Assembly: GCA_963771175.1 (NCBI GenBank)
Contig: CAVYSY010000057.1
Coordinates: 32,001-96,000 of the forward strand
Direction of reading: 5' to 3'
DNA: 64,000 nt
Origin: an uncultured delta proteobacterium
GTDB taxonomy: Bacteria; Myxococcota; Myxococcia; Myxococcales; Myxococcaceae
A program made the translations under genes and the position numbers. Shown here one piece after another: positions 34,663-44,320 of the stretch (its first letter is position 1; every line of letters starts with the position of its first letter). The notes under the pieces were generated by a model, which saw only the letters and a list, made by a program, of their open reading frames with translations, had not been told where the DNA came from and did not search any database.

Positions 34663-35982
34663 ATGAGCCACGGCCCCCGTCTCCGCCTCCACCGCCGCGC
34701 CTTCCTCCAAGCGAGCACGGCGCTCGCGCTGCCCTTCGTCCTGGGCCGCTGCGGTCTCCCCGAGAGCGATGAGGGGCTGCGCTCGGACCCCGACGGCATC
34801 CTCGACCTGCCCGAGGGCTTCCGCTACCGCATCCTCGAGCGCCGGGGAGAGCCGATGAGCGACGGCTACCTCGCCCCGGGACAACCGGACGGCATGGGCT
34901 GCTTCGCCGGACCTCCAGGCAGCAACACCCTGGTGCTGATGCGCAACCATGAGTTGGAGTCGGGCCAGGAGGACATGGGTCCCCTCACCGCGGGGCAGCC
35001 CATGCCAGCCCAGGCGTACCGGCCCGAGGCGGGCAGCCCGGGTGGCGTGACGCGCGTCGTGGTGGATGCCAACACCTTCGCCCGCGTCTCCAGCAACCTC
35101 GTGCTCGCGGGCTCCGCGCGCAACTGCGCTGGCGGTGACTCACCGTGGGGCTGGCTCACCTGCGAGGAGACCGTCAAGGAGGGCCACGGCTACGTCTTCC
35201 TCTGCGACCCGATGGCCGACAGCGTGCGGGACGCGGTGCGCATCCCCGCCCTCGGCAAGATGAACCACGAGGCGGCCGTGGTGGACCCCACCTCCTTCAT
35301 CACGTACCTCACCGAAGACCGTGGCGATGGCTGCTTCTACCGCTTCGTCCCCGAGAACCCCGGTGAGCGCCTCGGGCTGGAGTCGCGCGGCCGGCTGCAG
35401 GCGCTGCGCGTCGAGGCCGAGCCCCAGCGGGACATGAACGCGAGCGTGGAGCCCGGTGCCACCTTCCAGGTGGACTGGGTGGACCTGCCCCGGCCGGACG
35501 CCGAGGACGACTCGCTCCGCTTCCAGGGCGCCGAGCGCGGAGCCGCCATCTTCCGCCGCGGCGAGGGCATCTTCTTCCACGCGGGCTCCATCTACTTCTG
35601 CGCCACCACGGGCGGCCCCGAGTCCGGCGGGCAGCTCTGGCGTTACACGCCCTCGGGGCTCCAGGGCGGCACGCTGCAACTGCTGACGCAGGCGAAGGAC
35701 CGGAGCATCCTCGACATGCCGGACAACATCTGCGTGGCCCCATGGGGCGACGTGGTGATGGCCGAGGACGGAGACGACTCGCGCCGCCCCGAGGAGCACC
35801 TGCGCATCCTCACCCCCTCCGGCCAGGTGAAGAACCTCGCGCGCAACGCGCTGGGCCGCGGCGAGTTCGCCGGCGTGTGCCTCTCGCCGGACGGCCGCGC
35901 CCTCTTCGCCAACATGCAGAGCGACGGCCTCACCCTCGTCATCACCGGCCCCTTCCAGCGCTACACCGGCACGGGGCTGTAG
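34663..35982 (+). CDS. phoX: PhoX-family (DUF839) alkaline phosphatase, Tat-exported
   Basis: RRAFL Tat motif; NHE, NCAGG, WLTCEE, GKMNHEA, YLTED, RGEG, MPDN and EFAGVCLSPDG motifs. Confidence 0.85.
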   Translation: MSHGPRLRLHRRAFLQASTALALPFVLGRCGLPESDEGLRSDPDGILDLPEGFRYRILERRGEPMSDGYLAPGQPDGMGCFAGPPGSNTLVLMRNHELESGQEDMGPLTAGQPMPAQAYRPEAGSPGGVTRVVVDANTFARVSSNLVLAGSARNCAGGDSPWGWLTCEETVKEGHGYVFLCDPMADSVRDAVRIPALGKMNHEAAVVDPTSFITYLTEDRGDGCFYRFVPENPGERLGLESRGRLQALRVEAEPQRDMNASVEPGATFQVDWVDLPRPDAEDDSLRFQGAERGAAIFRRGEGIFFHAGSIYFCATTGGPESGGQLWRYTPSGLQGGTLQLLTQAKDRSILDMPDNICVAPWGDVVMAEDGDDSRRPEEHLRILTPSGQVKNLARNALGRGEFAGVCLSPDGRALFANMQSDGLTLVITGPFQRYTGTGL

Positions 35983-36004
35983 AGTCTGGTATACGGCGCG
36001 TCCG

Positions 36005-37789
36005 TTGGACACCCTCGACGCGAAGCCATCCCCCGCTCCTGACGTGCCCCCCCGCGGGCTCGGGACGCTGTTCTTCCTCGTGCTCCTGTGGCTGCTGCCG
36101 GGAGCCCTGGCGAACGTGTTCCGGGCCGCGCTGGGCCTGCCCTTGTGGGTGGGCGCCCTCGCCGGGGCCGCGGGAGTGGTGGGCATCACGTGGAAGGTGG
36201 TCTCCCAGCGGAGTCCGTGGCCCACGCATGGGCCGCTCGCGCTCCTCCAGGTGCTCTACCTCGTCACCGCGCTGGGCCTGACGTGGCGGATGCTGGGTAT
36301 CCCGGCCATGGGGGGCCTGGTCACGGTGGGGGGAGGAGACGCCGGCAACCACGCCGCGCTGCATTTCGACTTCGCCACCCGCTCGTCCGAGCTCTACCAG
36401 GGCTTCACCTTCTTCCACACGGTGACGTACGGGCTGATGTGGCTCTTCGGCCTGGACACGTTCACCAGCTTCCGTGCCGGCTTCTTCCTGGTGCCCGCGA
36501 GCGTCGCCCTGGCGCTCGCCGCGGGCCTCGAGTCCGTCGCCGGGCGGCTCTGGCGCACGGGCCGCGCGATGGTGGCGGCGCAGGCCGTCTTGTGGGTGGC
36601 GACCGCCACGGTGTGGCCCCTCCTGCTGCTGCGGTTGCTGCACTACCACCAGGCGGATGGCTTCTATGCCCATCTCTTCGGGCTGGTACCCCTGGTGCTG
36701 GCGTGGCTCGCCTATGGCCTCCCGCGCTCGCCCTGGGTGCGCTGCGCCGCGCTCGCCGTGTTCATGGTGTTCTACCGCTTCACCTACGGGCTGAACCTCG
36801 GGGACCTGCTCGTCACCTGCGGGGTGCTCGTGCTGGTGGAGGGCACCCGCCTGCCCGGCCCGAAGTGGCGCCGGGGGGCCTGGCTGCTCGGGCTTGGGCT
36901 CCTCGGTGCCGCCGCGTACGCGTACTGGCGGCTGCTGCCCCTGGCGCACATCCCCGGAGGATTCGTGCACTACTCGTACCCGCGCGCGCTGCGGGTGCAG
37001 TGCTTGACGGTGCTGGGGCTGCTGGCCGTGCGCTTCCTCTCCCCCCGCGAGGAGGCCGTCGAGCGGCGGTTGCTCGACTTCGCCCTGCTGTTCTGCGGAG
37101 TCAACGCGCTGGTGCAGCTGGCCTACCTGGGCGCGGGGCTGCCCATCGACTACTACTTCCTCAAGTACGGCTTCCACGCCGTGATGCTGCTGCTGTGCGT
37201 GGCGCCGCTCGCCGTCAGCAACCGGGTGGGGGCGCTGTTCCAGACGGGGCGGGCGCGCGCGTGGCGCTGGGACGTGGCGCTGGCCGTGCTCGCCGCCCTC
37301 GGGCTCGTCGCGGTGACGCACGGGTGGGGCCGGGCCTTCAAGGCCTACGAGCCGAGCTATTGGGAGCGCGTGCGCGGCGAACCTCCCTTCCGGCGCCTGG
37401 ATGCGCTGGAGGACCGGGGGTCCATCACGCTCATCCGCCAGGTGCTGCGCGAGGAGGGCAAGCGCTTCGGGGGGATGCTGAGCCCCTCGTGGCCGCGGAT
37501 GAACTTCTCCAACGTCGAGCTGGGCTGGGTGCCGGAGGAGTGGATGAACACCAACGGGCACTGGCCGCTGTTCATCTCGGGGAAGGTGAGGGAGGGGCCG
37601 GGCCTGTGCGTCTTCTGGGAGGCCTCCGCGTCGGACTGGGAGAGCTACCGGCGCATCTCCGAGGAGAACGACTCGCCCCTGGCGGACGTCGTCCGCGAGC
37701 TCCAGGCCCGGCCCGGCAGGGTGTGCCGGGACTACGCCGCGCCCTGGGTGCCGGGCGGCTCACGGACGCTCTGCTACCACTGCGGCTGA
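36005..37789 (+). CDS. Hypothetical multi-pass membrane protein (GT-C-like topology)
   Basis: 594-aa hydrophobic ORF with GGDAGNH and YYFLKY motifs. Confidence 0.6.
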   Translation: MDTLDAKPSPAPDVPPRGLGTLFFLVLLWLLPGALANVFRAALGLPLWVGALAGAAGVVGITWKVVSQRSPWPTHGPLALLQVLYLVTALGLTWRMLGIPAMGGLVTVGGGDAGNHAALHFDFATRSSELYQGFTFFHTVTYGLMWLFGLDTFTSFRAGFFLVPASVALALAAGLESVAGRLWRTGRAMVAAQAVLWVATATVWPLLLLRLLHYHQADGFYAHLFGLVPLVLAWLAYGLPRSPWVRCAALAVFMVFYRFTYGLNLGDLLVTCGVLVLVEGTRLPGPKWRRGAWLLGLGLLGAAAYAYWRLLPLAHIPGGFVHYSYPRALRVQCLTVLGLLAVRFLSPREEAVERRLLDFALLFCGVNALVQLAYLGAGLPIDYYFLKYGFHAVMLLLCVAPLAVSNRVGALFQTGRARAWRWDVALAVLAALGLVAVTHGWGRAFKAYEPSYWERVRGEPPFRRLDALEDRGSITLIRQVLREEGKRFGGMLSPSWPRMNFSNVELGWVPEEWMNTNGHWPLFISGKVREGPGLCVFWEASASDWESYRRISEENDSPLADVVRELQARPGRVCRDYAAPWVPGGSRTLCYHCG

Positions 37790-37901
37790 ACCTACCTGGG
37801 CCGGTCCCTGGCCCGAGGAAGCCGAACTCCGCCCACGGCGGCGGCCCGGCGATGGGCAGGAGGCATGCGTGGGGAGCAGCATCTGCCCCCCTTCCATGCG
37901 G

Positions 37902-40844
37902 TCACCCGCCCAGCGGCAACGCCACGTGGAAGGTGCTCCCGTGACCGGGGAGGCTGTCCACCCAGATGCGGCCACCGTGGCGCTCGACGATCCGCCGCGA
38001 CAGGTAGAGCCCCAGCCCCAGCCCGACGCGCGAGCCGACACGCACCGGGATGCCGGGCACCTGGTAGAAGCGCTCGAACAGCAGCGGCACGCGTTCCGGG
38101 GGGATGCCGGGGCCCTCGTCGCGCACCGACACGAGGGCCTCGCGCTCCGTGACACGCAGCGCCAGCTCCACCGGACTCTCCGGCGGCGAGTACTTGAGCG
38201 CGTTGGAGAGCAGGCTGCCCACCACGCCCGTGATCCGCTCCGGATCCACCCGAGCCAGCACCGGCCCGTCCGGCAGCTCCAGCCGCACCGCCCGCCGCGC
38301 CACCCGCGCCTCCTCCCCCGCCACCTCGCGCAGCAGCGGCACCAGGTCGTGCTGGCCCGGCTCGATCGGCAGCTCCCCACCCTCCACGACCGAGATGTCG
38401 GTGAACAACCGCACGAGCTTCTCCAGACGGGACAACGAGTGGAACGCCTCCGAGAGCAGCTCCGCGCCGCCCTCCCCTCGGGCCAGCCGCCGCTCGGCGG
38501 CGCGCAGGCGCAGCCCCAGGCTGCTCAGCGGGGTGCGCAGCTCGTGCGCGGCCAGGTTGAGGAACTCGTCCTTGAGGTGCACGGTCGCCACATCCTGCCG
38601 CATGGCCGCCAGCTCCAGGTGCGTGCGCACCCGCGCGTGCAGCTCCCTGGCGGAGAAGGGCTTGGCCAGGTAGTCGTCCGCGCCCAGCCCCAGGCTCTCC
38701 ACGGCGGCCTCCTCGCCCGCGCGCGCCGACAGCAGGATGACGGGCAGCGTCCGGGTGGATGGCTCCGCGCGCAGGGCGCGCAGCAGGCCGAAACCATCCA
38801 GCCGCGGCATGGTGATGTCGCTCACCACCAGGTGCGGCGGGGCCGCGCGGGCCAGCACGAGCGCCTCCTCCCCATCACCCGCCAGGGTCACCGCGTACTC
38901 GGGGGAGAGCAGGCGGTGGAGGTAGCGCCGCATGTCCTGGTTGTCATCCACGACCAGGATGCGCACTCGCGCAGCGACGGGCTCTCCGGAGGAAGAAGGC
39001 TCGGCGCTGGCGGCAGGCCTGGAGTCCTCCGGGAGGTGGCTCTGCGACTCCTCCGAGAACGCGGCGACCCACCGCGGGGCCAGCGCCCGGTGCCCCTCGC
39101 GCACCTGCTCGGGGGGAAGGTGCGCGGAGCCCCGCCGCAGCATGACGGTGAAGGTCGTGCCCCGGCCGGGCGTGCTCTCCACCGAGACGGTGCCGCCGTG
39201 GAGCTGCACCAGCGTCTCGACCAGTGACAGGCCGATGCCCGCCCCCTCGTAGGAGCGCGCCCCCGCGGGCCCGAGCCGGAAGAACCGCTCGAAGACGTGC
39301 GGCAGGGCCTCGGGCGCAATCCCCACACCGGTGTCGCTCACCACCAGCTTCACCTGCTCGCCCTCGAGCCGCAGCGCCACGCGGACCTCCCCCGCGGGCG
39401 TGAACTTGAGCGCGTTGGAGACGAGGTTGAGGACGATCTTCTCCCACATCTCCTCGTCCACGTAGATGGGCTCGGGCAGCGGCGGGCAGTCCACCACCAG
39501 CGACAGCCCCGCACGGGCGCTCGCGGTGGAGAAGGCGCCGGCCAGCTCGCGGGTGGCCGCGGAAAGATCCGTGGGGCGAAACACCGGCTCCAGACGGCCG
39601 GCCTCCAGGCGCGCGAAGTCCAGCAGCCCCCCTACCAGCTTGAGCAGCCGGCCGGCGTTGCGGCGGACCACCTCCAGTTGCTCGCGCTGCGCGGCGGAGA
39701 GCGGCGGCTCCGAGGCGCGCAGCAGATCCTCCACCGGGCCCAGCAGCAGGGTGAGCGGCGTGCGGAACTCGTGGCTGATGTCGCCCAGGAACGTGGTCTT
39801 GGCCCGATCCAGCTCCGCGAGCTTCTCCGCCCGCTCGCGCACGAGCCGCAGCTCGCGGGCACTGGCGAGGGCCGCGGCCACTTCTCGGGCCAGGAGCCTG
39901 AGAAAACCCTCGTAGGCCTCGTCCAGGAGCAGGTGCGCGCTCAGCCCCACCACCAGCGCCCCATCAGGCGGGCGGCCTCCGGGCAGGGCCACGGGTAGCA
40001 CCAGCGCCGCCCGCGGCGGGGCGAGCCCCTCGCCGGGCGTGCCGATGAACGGAGGAATGGGCTCCACCCGGACGGGCTTCCCACTGCGAATCACCGAGCC
40101 CAGGGGCCAGGGGCAGAGCCCGGCGGCCTTCCCTGACGCGCCCGGTTCGAAGCACCGCGGGCCCAGGTCGGCGCCGCTCTCGAAGCCCACGCTGGCCACC
40201 AGCCGCGCCTGGTCCCCCGGGCCAAGGAGGTAGAGCTGCGCGAAGCGGACGTCCTCGGGCGCGCGGCCGAACACCCCCGCCAGGGCTCCCTGCAGCGCCT
40301 CGTCCGTCTCCGCGCCCGCCAGGGCCGCCGCGAGCTCGCGCACCGTCTTGAGCCGCCGCTCGCCCACCACCTGGCCGGTGACGTCGATGATCACGCTCTG
40401 GGCGCCATGCACCTGCCCGCGCTCGTTCCACAACGGCGACATCGTCTGGGAGACGTACACCTCCTCGAGGAAGCCACGCCGGTCCAGCAGGAACCGGATG
40501 CGCTCCAGCCAGAGCGCCTGCCCGCTGCGGTAGACGCCCCACATCATCTGCTCCAGGCCCGCCCACGCCTCCGGCCACGTCTCCTGGAGGCTGACCCCCA
40601 TCACCTGCGGGTGCTTCTGGCCCAGGTGGGGGATCATCCCATCGTTGTAGATGCCGGTGCACTCGGCGGGCGTGGGGCCCCACCCCAGGCCCATGGCCAG
40701 GGGGTTGCTGAGTTGGAGCCCCACGATGGATTGCAGGCTCAGGGGCCAGCGCTCCAAGGGCCCGAGCGGCGTCCGGGACCAATCCAGGGTGCGGATGAGC
40801 TCTCCGGTAATTCCTCCCTTCCTCAGCGCATCCTGCAGCAGCAT
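37902..40844 (-). CDS. Hybrid sensor kinase: PAS-like, GAF, HisKA, HATPase, REC, HisKA, HATPase
   Basis: DWSRTPLGP, SHEFRTPLT, NLVSNALKFT, VVDDNQD...SDITMP, AHELRTPLS and a second NALKYS...GLGLGL motif. Confidence 0.92.
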   Translation of the reverse strand: MLLQDALRKGGITGELIRTLDWSRTPLGPLERWPLSLQSIVGLQLSNPLAMGLGWGPTPAECTGIYNDGMIPHLGQKHPQVMGVSLQETWPEAWAGLEQMMWGVYRSGQALWLERIRFLLDRRGFLEEVYVSQTMSPLWNERGQVHGAQSVIIDVTGQVVGERRLKTVRELAAALAGAETDEALQGALAGVFGRAPEDVRFAQLYLLGPGDQARLVASVGFESGADLGPRCFEPGASGKAAGLCPWPLGSVIRSGKPVRVEPIPPFIGTPGEGLAPPRAALVLPVALPGGRPPDGALVVGLSAHLLLDEAYEGFLRLLAREVAAALASARELRLVRERAEKLAELDRAKTTFLGDISHEFRTPLTLLLGPVEDLLRASEPPLSAAQREQLEVVRRNAGRLLKLVGGLLDFARLEAGRLEPVFRPTDLSAATRELAGAFSTASARAGLSLVVDCPPLPEPIYVDEEMWEKIVLNLVSNALKFTPAGEVRVALRLEGEQVKLVVSDTGVGIAPEALPHVFERFFRLGPAGARSYEGAGIGLSLVETLVQLHGGTVSVESTPGRGTTFTVMLRRGSAHLPPEQVREGHRALAPRWVAAFSEESQSHLPEDSRPAASAEPSSSGEPVAARVRILVVDDNQDMRRYLHRLLSPEYAVTLAGDGEEALVLARAAPPHLVVSDITMPRLDGFGLLRALRAEPSTRTLPVILLSARAGEEAAVESLGLGADDYLAKPFSARELHARVRTHLELAAMRQDVATVHLKDEFLNLAAHELRTPLSSLGLRLRAAERRLARGEGGAELLSEAFHSLSRLEKLVRLFTDISVVEGGELPIEPGQHDLVPLLREVAGEEARVARRAVRLELPDGPVLARVDPERITGVVGSLLSNALKYSPPESPVELALRVTEREALVSVRDEGPGIPPERVPLLFERFYQVPGIPVRVGSRVGLGLGLYLSRRIVERHGGRIWVDSLPGHGSTFHVALPLGG

Positions 40845-41079
40845 GCACCCCTCACCCTTGAGCCCATGCAGGACCAACCTGCCTTGCCCGCGAAATCCTC
40901 CACGGCATCGTGCACTGGGAAGCCCTCTTCGCGGAAGCAGGGCTCGAGGCAGGCCCATCTGGCGGTGGACCCCCGAGACCGGTTGGAGCAACGTGAGGGC
41001 GAGCCCCCCGCAGGAGGCAACACCCAGGCTGGGCTTGCCCCGGAGTAGCAGACGCTTGTCGCGTGGAGCTGGGGCTCCG

Positions 41080-42210
41080 TGGCCAGAGGCACCGCCTGGA
41101 AACCTTGCTGACGACCAACTTCGATCCGCTCATCGAACTGAGTATTCGGCGTGCGGGGGGGCGGGTCTTCAGCCGCATGTTGGCCGGGGATGGCTCGCTG
41201 GATGACATGCGCGGAGAAGGAAGTTGCGTTGTCCACCTGCACGGTGACTGGCACGGTACAGACACTCTCCACACGCCCCTATCGCTCGGTCAGGATCGGC
41301 CACTCCTGCGCGCCTCTCTCCAACGACTCTTGCGCCGGAACATGGTGGTCGTTATGGCGTATAGCGGATGGGACGACGTCTTCACGAGAGCGCTCGTTGA
41401 GATGTGCGCCGACACAGGCGAATCCCCGGATGTCCTCTGGTGCTGCTACGAGAACGACCCTGTGGCCATCCAACAGAGCAACGCACGTCTGTTCGAAAAG
41501 TTGGCACCTGCCATTGCTCGCCACCGTGTCACTTTCTTCCCAGGAATCGACTGCCACTCTTTTCTGCCCAGTCTTTTCGACGAACTCATGAGGAAGAGAG
41601 GTGGTGCTAGACCATCCTCGCCTCGCGCGGCGCCGGTGAGAGACGAGGAGGAGTTCGTCCCCCGAGTAGCGTCTCCAGATGGGCATTGAGGAGAAATGGA
41701 CCACTCCTGCCTTCCTCGACTTCCTACGAGCCATGGGTACGGTTGAGACGGATCCGCCTGTTACTGGTCAGCGCGCATCCCTTCCATCGTCTCGGACGAG
41801 CCTGGACCGATCGCCTCATCAACGTCGTGCAGCGAAACATTTCCTACCTGCACCCCGATGAGGCCGCAGGACTCGTGCTGAACCCGATTCCAGGCTTCCC
41901 GGATATCTACCCGCTGGGCGGCGTTGAGCGAATTGTAAAAGAGACACATGGGCACCCATATCTCGTGCAGCTCGTCTGCGACGCACTCGTGCGTGATCTT
42001 AACTCCCGGAGTCGATTGAAGGCCAACGCAGCTGATCTCGACCGGGCCCTCGACCGTGCAATAAATGACTCGGTGTTATTCCGTGAATTGTGGCGCGACC
42101 GAACAGATGAAGAACGTGTGCTGCTGCACCTGCTAGCTCGGGACGGGAAAGCGAAACTCGATACAAGCGCACCGCTCCGTGAGTTGATCCAGCAGGAATA
42201 TGTCGCAGGC
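41080..42210 (+). pseudogene. Decayed SIR2-like domain followed by a P-loop ATPase C-terminal remnant
   Basis: LLTTNFDPLIE, VVHLHGDW and VVMAYSGWDD (SIR2_2-like) lacking the N-terminal GAG motif. Then frameshifted FLDFLRA / SYLHPDEA...IVKETHGHPYLVQLVC (STAND/AAA helical region), cut off by the convergent gene. Visibly more AT-rich than flanks. Confidence 0.7.
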
Positions 42211-43161
42211 TCAGTGACAGCGCGCCGAGCCCCGGTCCGTGAACGTCTGGCCGGCGATGGGGACGAACTCCCACTCGTAGCTGGAGGCGCGCAAGGTGAG
42301 CTTCAGCACGCCCCAGGTGTCGATGTCGCGCACCGCGCTGTGGGCGGGGCGCTCGGAGGGGAAGGAGCGCAGCGACGTGCCGCCCGTGCCCACCACGAAC
42401 TGGACGATGCCATCCGCCTTCGCGTTGCCAGAGGCGTCCTGTGGCACCCAGCGCTCGTAGTCGTGGTCATGCCCCGACAGGACGACCTCGGCCCCGTGCT
42501 CCTCGAGCGCCCGCCAGAGCGGCGCCACCCGGGTGTCATCCCCATGCTCACCCGAGCTGAAACGCGGGTGGTGCCAGTAGGCGAGCGTGCACGTCCGGGG
42601 GTTGGCGGCCAGGTCCTGGCGCAGCCACCGCTCCTGCGGCGAGCCGGCGTCACACCCGCCCACCTCGTGGCAGTTGCTGTTGAGCACCACGATGTGCCAG
42701 CTCCCCAGGTCGTAGCTGTAGTAGCCCTTGTCCGGCTCACCCGCCGCCGCGCCGAAGTAGGCGTAGTACGCCGAGGCCTTCGAGGTGCGGTAGTCGTGGT
42801 TGCCCGGGGTGGGCCGCATGCGCGCCCTGTGGCGCCCCCATACGGGATGGAAGCAGTTGGCGAACTCCCTGGGGGTGCCTCGGCCGTAGGCGATGTCCCC
42901 CAGCACCGCGATGGTGCCCGGCAGCCTGTCCAACAGCAGGCCCGTCTCCGTGTCCTCCGAGGTGCCGCAGTTGCCGACGTCCCCCGCCGCCAGGAGGACG
43001 GGGTCGCCGCCATCGGAGGCAACGGGCAGGGGAGTGAGAGTGCTCGGTCCTCTGAGCACCGTCTCGTCGTAGGTGAAGTCCCACGCGCTCACGCAGCCGG
43101 AGCAGGCGCTCAGGAAGACCGCCGAGCCCAAGAGGCCACACCACCACAACACCCCTTTCAT
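42211..43161 (-). CDS. Calcineurin-like metallophosphoesterase (secreted/lipoprotein)
   Basis: AAGD, LGDIAY, PGNHDY, WHHP and SGHDHDYER motifs. Confidence 0.9.
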   Translation of the reverse strand: MKGVLWWCGLLGSAVFLSACSGCVSAWDFTYDETVLRGPSTLTPLPVASDGGDPVLLAAGDVGNCGTSEDTETGLLLDRLPGTIAVLGDIAYGRGTPREFANCFHPVWGRHRARMRPTPGNHDYRTSKASAYYAYFGAAAGEPDKGYYSYDLGSWHIVVLNSNCHEVGGCDAGSPQERWLRQDLAANPRTCTLAYWHHPRFSSGEHGDDTRVAPLWRALEEHGAEVVLSGHDHDYERWVPQDASGNAKADGIVQFVVGTGGTSLRSFPSERPAHSAVRDIDTWGVLKLTLRASSYEWEFVPIAGQTFTDRGSARCH

Positions 43162-43171
43162 GATGCTCCCC

Positions 43172-44320
43172 TCAATAGGCCCACCTGCCCAGCGCATAAC
43201 CCCGCGCCGTCGCGAGATTCAGCAGGAGCAGGGTCAGCACCACGGCCCCCTGGAACCAGACCGGACGCCGGGCACACCGGTCCCCCAGGAAGACGAGCAG
43301 CGGGAAGACGACGGTGCCGAAGCGGAACACGTTGACGACCTCGCCCTGGAGCAGCATCACGCCCATCGAGAGCGCGGCGTAGAGCCCCAGCGCGGGCTGC
43401 CGGCGCGCCAGGAAGACCGTCCCCAGGAGGAAGACCCAGAACACGCCGTAGCGCAGCAGATAGGGACTGCGGGTGTTCTGCCAGGGGTTGCCAAAGACGA
43501 ACGTCTTGAAGACCGCCGCCACGGAGTCGGCGCGGTTCCACCCGCGCTGCGCCTCCACGAACGCCAGCGGCGAACCCGACGCCAGATACTCGAACGCGAG
43601 GAAGCAGCCGAGGCCCAGCGCCCCCAGGACCCCGCAGAGGAGGAAGGCCCGCAGTCGGCGAGCCGGACCCTCTTCCCTCAGGGCCACCAGCACGGACGCG
43701 GCCGCCACGACGAAGACACCCTGGTTGCGCGTCAGCACGCACAGGGCCGCGAGCAGGCCGGCGGGCACGGGTCGCCGGGTCGCGGCGAAGTACAGGGAGA
43801 GGAAGGACAGCACCAGGAAGAGCGACTCGGTGTGGTGCGAGTGGAAGACGTAGCTGGCCGGGGCGAGCAGGAAGAAGAGCCACCCGAGCCGCGTCCGGGG
43901 CACAAGCCCCTCCGGCAGGTCCTCCCTCGCGCCCAACCGCCCGACGAGCCCGACGAAGCCGAGGAAGAGGACACTGGAGAACATCGCCCCCAGCACCTGC
44001 ACCCGCTCCACGCCGAGCACGCTCGCGAGGGCCCGCACCGTCATCGGGTAGAGCGGGTAGAACGCCCAGAGCGTGCCGCTGTAGCCGTCGCGGATGATGG
44101 TGCTGTAGTGGTTCGAGTCCCAGCGGTTGAGCAGGTCCGTGAGCGGAAGCTCCCGGCGCCACGACACCCACAGCCACAGGGCGAGGTGGGCGGCGAAGAC
44201 GAGGGCCACGCTCCCGAAGAGAAAGGCGCGCGTGACTCGCGCTCCCAGGCCGAGCTCCCACCGGGGAGATGCCGTGGCCACCCCATCCGGGGCGGAGATG
44301 ACCTCTGAGGCCTGCTTCAC
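43172..44320 (-). CDS. PIG-V/Mannosyl_trans2-like GT-C glycosyltransferase
   Basis: RWDSNHY...AFYPLYP, HTESLF and LTRNQG motifs. Confidence 0.8.
   Translation of the reverse strand: MKQASEVISAPDGVATASPRWELGLGARVTRAFLFGSVALVFAAHLALWLWVSWRRELPLTDLLNRWDSNHYSTIIRDGYSGTLWAFYPLYPMTVRALASVLGVERVQVLGAMFSSVLFLGFVGLVGRLGAREDLPEGLVPRTRLGWLFFLLAPASYVFHSHHTESLFLVLSFLSLYFAATRRPVPAGLLAALCVLTRNQGVFVVAAASVLVALREEGPARRLRAFLLCGVLGALGLGCFLAFEYLASGSPLAFVEAQRGWNRADSVAAVFKTFVFGNPWQNTRSPYLLRYGVFWVFLLGTVFLARRQPALGLYAALSMGVMLLQGEVVNVFRFGTVVFPLLVFLGDRCARRPVWFQGAVVLTLLLLNLATARGYALGRWAY

Noticed and set aside
41686..43335. 549-aa ORF looking like an intact ATPase
   Set aside because: Only ~170 residues resemble an ATPase fragment; the remainder is antisense to the metallophosphoesterase gene.
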